Shown here piece by piece: positions 30,557 to 39,356 of a stretch of DNA of 51,891 bases (position 1 is its first letter; every line of letters begins with the position of its first letter). The position numbers and the translations under genes were made by a program. The stretch comes from Deltaproteobacteria bacterium. GTDB lineage: Bacteria > Myxococcota > JACRCW01. The DNA lies in assembly GCA_016218805.1 (NCBI GenBank), contig JACRCW010000097.1, forward strand, positions 1 to 51,891, in the 5' to 3' direction. The notes beneath the pieces are model-generated. The model saw only the letters and a program-made list of their open reading frames with translations, had not been told where the DNA came from and did no database searches.

Positions 30557-31476
30557 GGTTTCACCCCGAGTGCCTCCTCGGACACCTCCGCAAGGAGCGC
30601 CTGCGGGTTCTCGTTCAGGTGGGCTCCCCACGCGGCGAGGTTGTCCCGGGTCTCTTTGTCCAACTGCCGCACCACCTCGCCGCCAAACCAGAACTCCTTG
30701 GGCGGCAGGTCCTTCGCTTCCTTGGTAATCCGCTTCATCTCGGCGAACTTGCCATCCGCGGTGAACGCGTACGTCTGGTAACCGGCAACGAGCTGGGGCG
30801 ACAGCCGCATGATGATGCTGCGCGGGGCGAACTCGAAGTAGCTGCGGGCGTGACCGCCCGCGACGTTCGTGAGTTCCCCGATGGCCTTCAGCAGCTTCGC
30901 GGTCCACTCCTTCTGGTCCCTCGAGCCGCTGCAGTCCTGCATGGCAAGCGCAAAGGGATACTGAAAGGCGGTGTCACTCACCTCGCGGTGCAGCAGCGCG
31001 GACGTGCTGGAGTTCTTCCAGGGACTGTCGCCCGCGTTCATGGGGGACTGGTGAAAGGTGGCATTGAACCGGTACGGATTGAGAGCGACCGCGAGATTCA
31101 TGCGGAGCACGCTGTCCCTCTTGGCCGGCTTTCCCTTGTTCTTCTTCACGGCATCCTGGTCAGCCACAAGGAACCCGAACAAGAAGTCATCTGCGAACTT
31201 GGCAGCATCCGGAAACGACTTGAACTCAACGGCGAGTTGGTCCTCCTGCTCCAGGCGCCGACGGTTCATGGACAATCCGTAGCCAGCGAGGATCTCCCTG
31301 AGCGCATTCCGCATCGCCTCCGGGCTGACGACGCCGTACTCCAGACTATCCCGGGTGATTCGCTGGATGACCGTGCGGTTCAGTTCACTTTCGCCGTGAT
31401 AGTTGGAACTCGGCGCGGCATACGTCAGCACCGTTCCGAACAGGTTCAACTTGGTCTTGTCGTTCTGCGTGGTCAT
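30553..31476 (-). CDS. cas7: Type I-B Cas7 (Cst2/DevR)
   Basis: LFGTVLT..APSSNY.GE, VSPEAMRNALRE, DD.LFGF, GGHARSYF.FAP.S; position between cas8 and cas5. Confidence 0.9.
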   Translation of the reverse strand: MTTQNDKTKLNLFGTVLTYAAPSSNYHGESELNRTVIQRITRDSLEYGVVSPEAMRNALREILAGYGLSMNRRRLEQEDQLAVEFKSFPDAAKFADDFLFGFLVADQDAVKKNKGKPAKRDSVLRMNLAVALNPYRFNATFHQSPMNAGDSPWKNSSTSALLHREVSDTAFQYPFALAMQDCSGSRDQKEWTAKLLKAIGELTNVAGGHARSYFEFAPRSIIMRLSPQLVAGYQTYAFTADGKFAEMKRITKEAKDLPPKEFWFGGEVVRQLDKETRDNLAAWGAHLNENPQALLAEVSEEALGVKP

Positions 31477-31487
31477 GTCGGCTCCTT

Positions 31488-31856
31488 TCAGGCGCGGGCG
31501 CTGAGCGCCAGCATGGTGAGGGTGCGGATGGTGTCGGGGTCGCGCAGCAAGGCGCGCGAGAGCCGGAGAAAGTCCTCCTCCGGAAGGAACTGAGGAACGC
31601 TGCACAGCGTGCTGGTGAAGTACTCTGCGAAGTCCTTCCCTGAGCGCGAGCGACAGGCAAGGAAGGCATCGAGCGCTATCTTCTGTTTCTTCTCATTGTA
31701 CTCGGCCTTCTTGGCGTCGTTCCCCTTCACATCCTCCCAACGAAGACCGTACTTGGAGGCCAACCGCCGCAACAGGTAGGCGCCCACCATGCGGTAGGCG
31801 AGGACTTCTTCCGTGGCGGTTTCCTTGGCGCCGTCATTCTGCGTGGTGGGGTCCAT
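31488..31856 (-). CDS. Putative internally translated Cas11 small subunit (122 aa), in frame within cas8
   Basis: GAGGA-ACCC-ATG in frame at the linker before the C-terminal helical domain of Cas8. Confidence 0.65.
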   Translation of the reverse strand: MDPTTQNDGAKETATEEVLAYRMVGAYLLRRLASKYGLRWEDVKGNDAKKAEYNEKKQKIALDAFLACRSRSGKDFAEYFTSTLCSVPQFLPEEDFLRLSRALLRDPDTIRTLTMLALSARA

Positions 31857-33146
31857 GGGTTCCTCGTCTGGCCGGACGTTGGCGCCGGCGGCCTTGAACG
31901 CTTCCCGCGCGTCATGCGGGAAGCGTTCCTTGGGTGAAAAGAAGACATGCTGCGGGAGCGTCCGGAACACAGGCAGGAACGCCGTGTACCAGGGCTTCCG
32001 GTCAATCAGGTTCTTCAACCGCTGCCGGCGAAAGAATGGGTTCCAGTAGGTGCCCTTGAACTGAGCGTATTGGTTGACCGCAAGCGGGTCCGGAACGACA
32101 CGGGCCAGTCCCCGCACGCGCACGTTGTTGCCCTGTTTCTCAACATGGACAACATCGATCGCCTGAACACAGGCCAGCCCGGCGGAGGCCTTGCCGATCT
32201 GCTCAGCAACCAGCGCCAGGCGCTGGAGCGTGTCCATCCCTGATTCCAATGGGAGGTCCACCAGGGCGCCGCGAGGGCGATATCCAGCTTTCTCTTTGGC
32301 GCGGGCACACATCATTGGCCCAAACGATGCGCAGAACCCCTCAAGGTCGCAGACGTCCGGGAACGCGACGGCGAAGCCAGAGAATTCGTTCTTTCCGTCA
32401 TGAGGATCCACCGTTACAGGAACATGGATCTGAATAGCAAACGGCCAGAAATGAAGGAGGAACTGGCGTTTGACGATGTCCTTCACACCGACATTCTCAG
32501 CGGTCTTTGCCTGCGCACCGAGAAAGAATGTGCTCGGCAACTCAATCGCCTGAGAAGGATGCAGCGCCAGGGCCTCGTAGAGCTCGGCGGCGTCTTTGTA
32601 CGGCTTGCCTTCGCCACGCTCCTCATAGGGCAGCCGCTGGGCCGGAATCCCGCGAAGCACTCCCCACAGCAGGTCACGCCACAACTTCACCCACAGACCG
32701 TTCTTGCCCTCCAGCGTGGGGTCCAACTCCCTGACCACGGCGCCATCCGGAACTGTCACCGGGTAGACGTAGAACGTCTTCTCAACCTCCTTGCCGCGCT
32801 TGTCGGTAACCTTGCGCTGCTCCGTACGTAGCGGCTCCTTGATGTTCTTGGCCTTGTCCTTCCATGGCTTCTCAACCGATTGCTCCTCCTCAGACGCGGC
32901 ATAGACCGCGTCCATCAACGCTTGCATTCCAGCGGCGTCGCACCTGAGCATGGCGGCATGGGCGGTCACCGAGAACTCGAGCGTCCCTGTATGCTCCTGC
33001 CGTCCCACCCATTCGGCCATCAGAACCAGCCCGGCAAGGCCGGCCCTGTGCTGTGACGTGGGAAGTTCCTCCAACGTCCATGTCACCTCCAGCACCGCCG
33101 GCAGGACCGCCTTGGCCTTGGTCTTCCTGGCAGCCTTCGCAGCCAT
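31488..33146 (-). CDS. cas8: Type I-MYXAN Cas8a1/Cmx8 (DevT) large subunit
   Basis: LPTSQHRAGLAGL, WVKLWRD..W..LRG.P, LGAQAKTAENV, FLLHFWP, C-terminal RTLTMLALSA; start ATG 33146 or GTG 33149. Confidence 0.88.
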   Translation of the reverse strand: MAAKAARKTKAKAVLPAVLEVTWTLEELPTSQHRAGLAGLVLMAEWVGRQEHTGTLEFSVTAHAAMLRCDAAGMQALMDAVYAASEEEQSVEKPWKDKAKNIKEPLRTEQRKVTDKRGKEVEKTFYVYPVTVPDGAVVRELDPTLEGKNGLWVKLWRDLLWGVLRGIPAQRLPYEERGEGKPYKDAAELYEALALHPSQAIELPSTFFLGAQAKTAENVGVKDIVKRQFLLHFWPFAIQIHVPVTVDPHDGKNEFSGFAVAFPDVCDLEGFCASFGPMMCARAKEKAGYRPRGALVDLPLESGMDTLQRLALVAEQIGKASAGLACVQAIDVVHVEKQGNNVRVRGLARVVPDPLAVNQYAQFKGTYWNPFFRRQRLKNLIDRKPWYTAFLPVFRTLPQHVFFSPKERFPHDAREAFKAAGANVRPDEEPMDPTTQNDGAKETATEEVLAYRMVGAYLLRRLASKYGLRWEDVKGNDAKKAEYNEKKQKIALDAFLACRSRSGKDFAEYFTSTLCSVPQFLPEEDFLRLSRALLRDPDTIRTLTMLALSARA

Positions 33147-35504
33147 CACGTGCTCCCTTCCACGATGAATCCCAGTTCCGTCGAATACCGTTCATCCGGG
33201 ATGATCCGAAGGTATGCGGGGAAGTCGGGCTCATCCGACCTCGCTCCAGCGCGTGCGGGTACCGGGATAATCCACTCAACCAGCGGCTTGCGCGCCCTTG
33301 CCGCCGAAACCACCGCCGGCACATCCCGCTGCCAGACGGCGCTCTCACCAAACGCATCCTCGTCACGGAAGCTGCCGGGAATGGCGTAGATGCCGCTGTC
33401 CAGGAACGTGGCGCCCGGACGGACAACGCCCTCACGGGTACCGAGTTTCTCGAGCGCCTCCGCCAAGTCGCGCTGGGACAGCCCCTCATCAGGGAGCGCG
33501 GCCAGCATGCGCTCCGCGTCCGAGATGTCCTCCTTCTGGTAGGGCAGCACCTTCTCCGGTGCATACACGATCAGTTCTGCCTGGAAGCCCGCGGGCTTTC
33601 CCTTGGTGTGGCGGTTGGCCCGTCCGAACCGCTGAACCAGCGAGGACCCCGGTGCCAGCTCCGTGACGAGGACATCCGCATCCAGGTCGAGACTCATCTC
33701 ACAGACCTGCGTCGTGACCGCGATGGCCGGCGCTGCGCCGGTCTTGAACGCGGCAACAACCTCGGCATGCCGGCGCTTGCGGTCTAACAGGCGGAACCGG
33801 CTGTGGTAGCAGAGCGGCCGTGACCCGGTCCGCGCCGCCAGTGCGGCAACCTGGGCCTGGCATCGGCCGACGGTGTTGACCACCCACAGCACGCGCTTGC
33901 CTGCCTCATGCGCGCGCACTGCGTGGTCCAACGCCTCCTCGGCTGCCCGTACGTGGCTCCGGCGATACCGCGGATGCGCCTCCGCAGCCGCCAGATCCTC
34001 AAGCTCCGAGCGCTCCTGCTCATCCGGGAAGACCTTCAGGCCCACCTCCTCCAGTTGCTTGCGTCTTGACGGCACCAGCGTGGCCGTCATGCACAGCACT
34101 GGAACGTCAAACCGCCGGAGGAACGCGACCAGGTTACGGAACATGGCCGGAGTCGAAGCTGTGCACCTCGTCGATGATCACCGCGGCATCGGCGAGGGCC
34201 GGCAGCAGGCACAGGCTCTCGTATCGGTGCTCCATGAAGGCCAGGAACTGGTCCACCGTAGCGCTGAAGTAGCGGCGGTTCCAAAGACCCAAGGCGAACA
34301 GCCGCGCCGCCGACTCATCCACGTAGTTCTTGCCGGCCGTGGCGTCGGACGGGTTCTCTTGCATTCCGGCGAGCTCGTAGGCGGCGCTCCCGTGCAGAAG
34401 CATGGCTCGGTCCTCGGGCGCGTGACCCACGTAGTCGCGGAATCCCTCGGTCGCCGTTCCACGCGTGGGATAGAGGAAGATGACCCTGCCAAGCGGACGG
34501 CTTGCCAACTGGCTCTTTGCCCAACGGTAGGCGGCCAGCGTCTTGCCTGAGCCACAACTTGCCAACAGCAACGCGCGGGACGGCTGCTCCGCAGCCAGGT
34601 CCTGGAATCGGTGCCACTCGAATGGCCGGCCCGAATGCGCGGACAGCTCCGCAGCGCGCGGTTCGAGGATCTCACGGTCGACGTCCCGGGGACTGAGCGG
34701 GGGGGCGTGAACGACTGCCTCCACCCACGCGGAAATGGACTCGTCAACCCGAAAGAGGCCGCTGGCGACAGAATCCGCAACCACCAGTCCCGCCTTGGTG
34801 GCGAGCAGCAACGACTGCCGTAGGGGGTCCGTGGCGACCTTTCCCCCGAACCCGGTTCCGGTCCCTCGCCGCACTTCTTCCGCCAGGCGCAGGCCCGCAC
34901 CCAACGCGGTGTTCCACTCGGTGTCGGGCAGCGTCCTGTCCAGAGTCCCGCCGGGAAGCAGGGGCGGCGGTTCCAGGTTCGCGACTTCGGCGACCCGGGC
35001 GAGGATGCGCGCACAGTCCGGATGATTCAGGAAGACCTTGAGCCCGCCCGCACGGCGTGGCTCGCACCACTTGTCAGGCTCGCTGGGGCCAGCCTTGAGA
35101 TGATGTGACAGAACAGCGCCCGTCAACACGCCCAGGTCCAGCGCCGCGTTGGCGGCCAGCCACGCGTTCACCACCGGCAGTTGCAGTACCAGCGCGCTGA
35201 GGTGCTCGTGGCGGAAGTACTGCGTGAGGCCATGGGTACCGCGGGTCATCGCAACGAAGTCCGCGTTCGCTTTCCCCAGATCATGGAACAGTGCGGCGAC
35301 ACGGAGGTTGATCAGCCAGCGGCCGGCGTGGTGCTCCGGGATGCGGAAGAACCGGATCCACGCCTTTCCCCACCGGCCGTCGGGTCTGAAGATGAGCCGC
35401 GCAGCTTCGTCGGTCTCCAAGCAGTGCTGGGGCAGCGGAAGAACCGCCTGGTCGGCGCGGCGCGGGCTCTTGGCGGGCAGAAAGTCCACAATTCCCCCGG
35501 TCAT
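33146..35504 (-). pseudogene. cas3: Cas3 HD nuclease-helicase interrupted by a +1 frameshift near 34146
   Basis: HD motifs (HDLGKAN, RHEHLS, SHH, ADSVAS), CGSGKT and DEVH in frame 1; MTATL, TQVCEMSLD and QRFGRANR in frame 2; total span 2359 = 3n+1. Confidence 0.88.
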
Positions 35505-36136
35505 CCACGCGCAGGTTGAAAAAGGCCGGCTCCCATGTGGCGGCGGCCGCCAAGGCCATGCCGCTGGACAGCAAGGGACGCGGTGACCGTCAACCCGTCC
35601 AGCCCCACGGCGAACCCGACCACCTTCTTGCCGGCAATGGTCATGATCCGCCGTCCCTGTTTCACCTCTGGGACAACGACGTTGATGGACTGCGGGTCCT
35701 GCCCGAGGTCCGGAGTCGCGGCAAGCTGGACACGCAACGCATCAACGAACGTGGCGCGCTCCGTGTGGTTCTTGATGGTCACGATATGCGCCTTCAGCGC
35801 CGCCACCGGCCGAACCGGCCAGATGCGGGGCGGTAGCAGCGTGATGGTGTTGCCATCCAGTTCCAGCGTCTTGCCAATCAAGGACATCAGCCCGCCCAAC
35901 TCAGTCGGCCGGATGCGCAGGGTCACCGAGGAACCCGCCCGGAGCGTGAGATGACCGCGCTCTGTCTTGACCCCACGAATGGGGTGAACGCCGAGGGAGG
36001 TCATGGAGTGGAGCGCTGGAATAATGCGGCTGAGTGCGCTGAACAGCGCATACCCGTGGTCCAGCGGAACCTTGGCGCCCTGCACCGGGAACGCGACATC
36101 CACCACTTCTTCCGCGCCAGCACTGCTGTTGCTCAT
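35501..36136 (-). CDS. cas6: Type I-MYXAN Cas6 (Cmx6)
   Basis: VDVAFPVQG..VPLDHGYALFSAL, C-terminal G-rich loop GLGGRRHMGAGLF; AGGAGG RBS before ATG 36136. Confidence 0.92.
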   Translation of the reverse strand: MSNSSAGAEEVVDVAFPVQGAKVPLDHGYALFSALSRIIPALHSMTSLGVHPIRGVKTERGHLTLRAGSSVTLRIRPTELGGLMSLIGKTLELDGNTITLLPPRIWPVRPVAALKAHIVTIKNHTERATFVDALRVQLAATPDLGQDPQSINVVVPEVKQGRRIMTIAGKKVVGFAVGLDGLTVTASLAVQRHGLGGRRHMGAGLFQPARG

Positions 36137-36159
36137 GTTTCCCCTCCTACCCGGGCGAC

Positions 36160-36178
36160 GTCTCACCTTGCATGAGAC
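36160..36178. promoter_or_regulatory. Palindromic operator-like site upstream of cas6
   Basis: GTCTCA-CCTTGCA-TGAGAC, 23 nt from the cas6 ATG; same arms as 41960-41978. Confidence 0.65.
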
Positions 36179-36353
36179 ATCCTCGTGGCAACGGACCCTA
36201 CGCACCACCGGGCCGCGCGCTCAACGTGTCCCCGCGGAAGCACCACCATGCCGATTCTGCGCAATCATTCTCCTTGCCAGGCTTTGCGGGGCCCTGGTAG
36301 AGACGCCGCGACATGAAGCTGGGCCGCATGGCCCAATGAGGGGAAACCAACCG

Positions 36354-37043
36354 ATGCGACTTCCATCCGAATCCGCGGCACCTCAGGAACGCGTGAGTTT
36401 CGGCCGCTACGTTTACACCCGTTTGAAGCGGGCCAAGTTGGAGGACCTGGCCCAGAACGTGGACGGCGCCAACAAGGCCGTGAAGGCCGCCGCCCGCGCC
36501 GTTGAAGACGCCAATGAGCCCGTGCAGGACGGGCAGGCCGTGCGTGATTCCATTGATGATGATCTTGATGATTCCGCCCAGAACTCGCGGCTTGCTCTCG
36601 GGAGCCGCTCGCTGCACGCAACCGACGAGTCGCCCTACAAGGACATCTTTCCCCGGGGAATCGAGTACTACACGGCGGCTCCGCAGGATAAGGAAGTCCA
36701 GGTTTTCAGCGAGTTCAAGCAGCGCCTGGAGACGCACCTCCCGGCGACCGATGCGGTCCGCACCACGACCGTTCCCCTGGTGACCCAGGGACTCACTGAC
36801 TACGCCGGCGCCATTGACTCCCTCACCAAGGCGCGCAACGCGCACGCCATCCTGAAGACCGCGTTGGAGACCGCTGAAGAGAGCTGGGGTCTGCTGATGG
36901 AGAAGACCTATGGCGCGTTGGTGGCGCGGTTCGGCAAGCGCAAAGCGGAGCGCTACTTCCCGCGCCGCAAGCGCGCGGAGGCCACGGAGAACGGCGGCGA
37001 AGCCAGCGAGACGCCCGTCCCCGGGACCACCACGCCGGGCTGA
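36354..37043 (+). CDS. Hypothetical all-helical protein (229 aa), divergent from cas6
   Basis: ATG after GAGGGG; GC3-biased codons; helical composition; no recognised catalytic motif. Confidence 0.8.
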   Translation: MRLPSESAAPQERVSFGRYVYTRLKRAKLEDLAQNVDGANKAVKAAARAVEDANEPVQDGQAVRDSIDDDLDDSAQNSRLALGSRSLHATDESPYKDIFPRGIEYYTAAPQDKEVQVFSEFKQRLETHLPATDAVRTTTVPLVTQGLTDYAGAIDSLTKARNAHAILKTALETAEESWGLLMEKTYGALVARFGKRKAERYFPRRKRAEATENGGEASETPVPGTTTPG

Positions 37044-37140
37044 CCCGCGCGGGTGCCAGTCCCACCTCTGCCCACCCCCAGGAACGCGCCTGATGCGGGT
37101 GGACGGTGCCGCCAGGGAGGGCGGGAAAGCCAAGCCTCGG

Positions 37141-37354
37141 ATGTGATCAAGGTGCTCCGGGGGGCCCGCGGTGGCTTGATCACATGTGATCAAGGTGCTC
37201 CGGGGCCCCTGGGCCGCGTGATCACATGTGATCAAGATGCTCCGGGGGCCCCTTGGCCATGTGATCACATGTGATCGAGGTGCTCCGGGGCCCCCTGGGT
37301 AGCTTGATCACTTGTGATCAAGGTGCGCCGGGCCCCACTGGGTACCTTGAGCAC
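37141..37354. repeat. Five tandem 42-43 bp hairpin units
   Basis: Units start at 37141, 37184, 37226, 37269 and 37312; consensus ATGTGATCAAGGTGCTCCGGGG-variable-(C/G)(T/G)TGATCAC; junctions form the palindrome TGATCACATGTGATCA. Confidence 0.92.
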
Positions 37355-37555
37355 GCTGGAAACGTGAGCAGGGTCACCCGGGACGCCGGTGGGCGAGTGC
37401 GCCCAGTCACACGAAGCGGTGCTTGCTCGCGTTGGACGGCCTGGGTCGCGGTGCGGTACCCCGCGCCAGGTCCGCAGCGCGAACTTCATGGGCCTGTGGC
37501 CGGCCCTCTGGGTGGAACGCGAGGCGGCGGGTGTGTCCCCACACGGTCAGCGGCT

Positions 37556-37713
37556 GCCCCCACCCCAGCCCTCCCCCCGCCCTCGCGTGCTGATTTCAAC
37601 CAGGCGGGGGGAGGGAGCACGGCGGAACCCCCTCCCCCCGTCGTTGCACGCCATTGCGGATGCGGATCCAGTGGGTCAGTCAGTGGCGACGGGGGGAGGG
37701 CTGGGGTGGGGGC
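37556..37713. repeat. 158-bp MITE-like element with perfect 24-bp terminal inverted repeats
   Basis: GCCCCCACCCCAGCCCTCCCCCCG (37556-37579) and its exact reverse complement (37690-37713), with two internal CCCTCCCCCCG/CGGGGGGAGGG hairpins. Confidence 0.75.
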
Positions 37714-37804
37714 TCACGGAGTTGACCATGCGGGACACACCGGAGGCGGCTCCGAGCCCGACTCCAGCGCCCCCATTCGCTGGGGTTCACTCAGCAGCGG
37801 GCCC

Positions 37805-38101
37805 TCCAGCGAAGGCTGGCCCTGACGGGTGGCGACAAGGCACGCGCGGACCGGCGGGTTGTCGACGGTGACCCCGCTGGGGCGGGGGACTACGAGGAAT
37901 CGGTCTCGACGCAGAAGGGTCCCAGAGGCTGGGTTTCCAGAACAGGTTGTTGCCCCCAGTGACCCGAGGGGGACAGCGGCCCATTCGCAGCCCATCCCTT
38001 GTAGGGCGGGGGCTTGTCCCCCGCCGGTCCAGCGAAGGGGTGGCCCTGACGGGTGGCAGCCAACCCGCGCGGACCGGCGGGTTGTCGACGATGACCCCGC
38101 T
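37805..38101. repeat. Two imperfect 74-bp direct repeats (37805-37878, 38028-38101)
   Basis: Both read TCCAGCGAAGG..TGGCCCTGACGGGTGGC....CGCGCGGACCGGCGGGTTGTCGACG.TGACCCCGCT. Confidence 0.85.
38001..38025 (+). repeat. GTAG-type REP-like palindrome, copy 2
   Basis: GTAGGGCGGGGGCTTGTCCCCCGCC. Confidence 0.6.
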
Positions 38102-38205
38102 CGGACAAGCCGCCGCCCTGCGAAGGCGAATCCCTGGTGCCGGTTCCAGTCAATGCGCGGTTGGTGATAGGGGAAGTCCGCCGGTGAACCGGCGACGGTG
38201 AGCGC

Positions 38206-39354
38206 ATGCCAGAGCCGAATGACCTGATGGGAGCCCCGTGGAGCATCACGGTCACCAACCTGCGAGCATTGCGCGACTTCCGCTGGGAGCCGCGCGGCCT
38301 GGTTCTCCTCGCCGGTCGGAACGGCGCCGGCAAGAGCACCGTGCTGAATGCGTTGGAGCTGTGCCAGACCGCCGCGGAACAGGGGCCCGGGCGCGCCATC
38401 CGAGCGCTTGGACTCTCGGGTCTGCTGACCCGGGGGCTGCCGGAGGGGACGGATGTTTCCGTTGAGCTGGCGCTGGGGACGGTGAAGTGGATCCTGACCA
38501 TCCAGTGCGAGCGTGGTGCAGCCGACCATCGTCTCGGCGAAAGGGTCCTGGACGGGAACACGGTCATTGCTGAGGTCGACGCAGGACAGGACCAGTGGCG
38601 TTTCCAGGGCACTGACCGGCCACGCCCCGAGCGCTCGCTCCTGGAATTCCTGGAGGCGCGTGACGGGATGCCATGGGCCGCCACATTCAGGGACTTTGCG
38701 CGCAACCTCCGCGTCTTCGCGGAGCCCCGGACGGACATCTTGCGACGGGTCTCACCGGGTGGAGAAACCAGCATCTCCCACAACGGCGGGGGCCTTTGGA
38801 GCGTACTGGATCGTTGGAAGCGCGCGTCCAAGAAGTACGAAGGCAGGTACGAGTGGGTCGTGCAGCAGGCGAGGAAGGCCTTCCCGGGCATCTTCCATGA
38901 CCTGGACCTTGAAGACCGCTCCCCGGGCGTTGAGGCGCGGCTCGTGCTTGATGCGGATTCATCCGACGGGTCGCTGCCCATCTACTGCGCAGCGAACGGC
39001 CTGCTGCTGGGTCTGCTCCACCTTGCAGAGGTGGCGGAATGCCCGGATGGCGGCGTGGTCGCCATCGACGAATTCGAGAACGGCCTGCATCCCGCGGCCG
39101 TGCATTCGCTGATTGAGTCCATCCGTGAACGCTGCGAAGCGCGGCATCTGACGGTGATTCTGACGACGCACTCGCCGGCGGTGATGAACCAGTTCAAGAC
39201 ACACCCGGCGGATTTCTATCTGCTGGATGCGGTTCCAGGGCCGCCCCGTCCATTGCCGACCCGCCTCACGGACTTTCACGATGAGGACTGGCTTGCGCAT
39301 TTCTCACTGGGCGACCTGTACCTCCATGGCGACATTGCGAGGCAGGGGAACTGA
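38206..39354 (+). CDS. ABC-type (AAA_15/AAA_21-like) ATPase, defence-associated type
   Basis: Walker A GRNGAGKST, Walker B IDEFENGLHP, H-loop TTHSP, C-terminal LGDLY. Confidence 0.88.
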   Translation: MPEPNDLMGAPWSITVTNLRALRDFRWEPRGLVLLAGRNGAGKSTVLNALELCQTAAEQGPGRAIRALGLSGLLTRGLPEGTDVSVELALGTVKWILTIQCERGAADHRLGERVLDGNTVIAEVDAGQDQWRFQGTDRPRPERSLLEFLEARDGMPWAATFRDFARNLRVFAEPRTDILRRVSPGGETSISHNGGGLWSVLDRWKRASKKYEGRYEWVVQQARKAFPGIFHDLDLEDRSPGVEARLVLDADSSDGSLPIYCAANGLLLGLLHLAEVAECPDGGVVAIDEFENGLHPAAVHSLIESIRERCEARHLTVILTTHSPAVMNQFKTHPADFYLLDAVPGPPRPLPTRLTDFHDEDWLAHFSLGDLYLHGDIARQGN

Positions 39355-39356
39355 GA

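Noticed and set aside
37141..37354. Tandem repeat as a second true CRISPR array
   Set aside because: Variable parts are short and mutually similar, not unique 30-40 bp spacers.
37355..37385. Sequence after TTGAGCAC as a CreA-like pseudo-spacer targeting the cas6 upstream region
   Set aside because: Alignment to 36150-36170 needs gaps and several mismatches; not convincing by eye.
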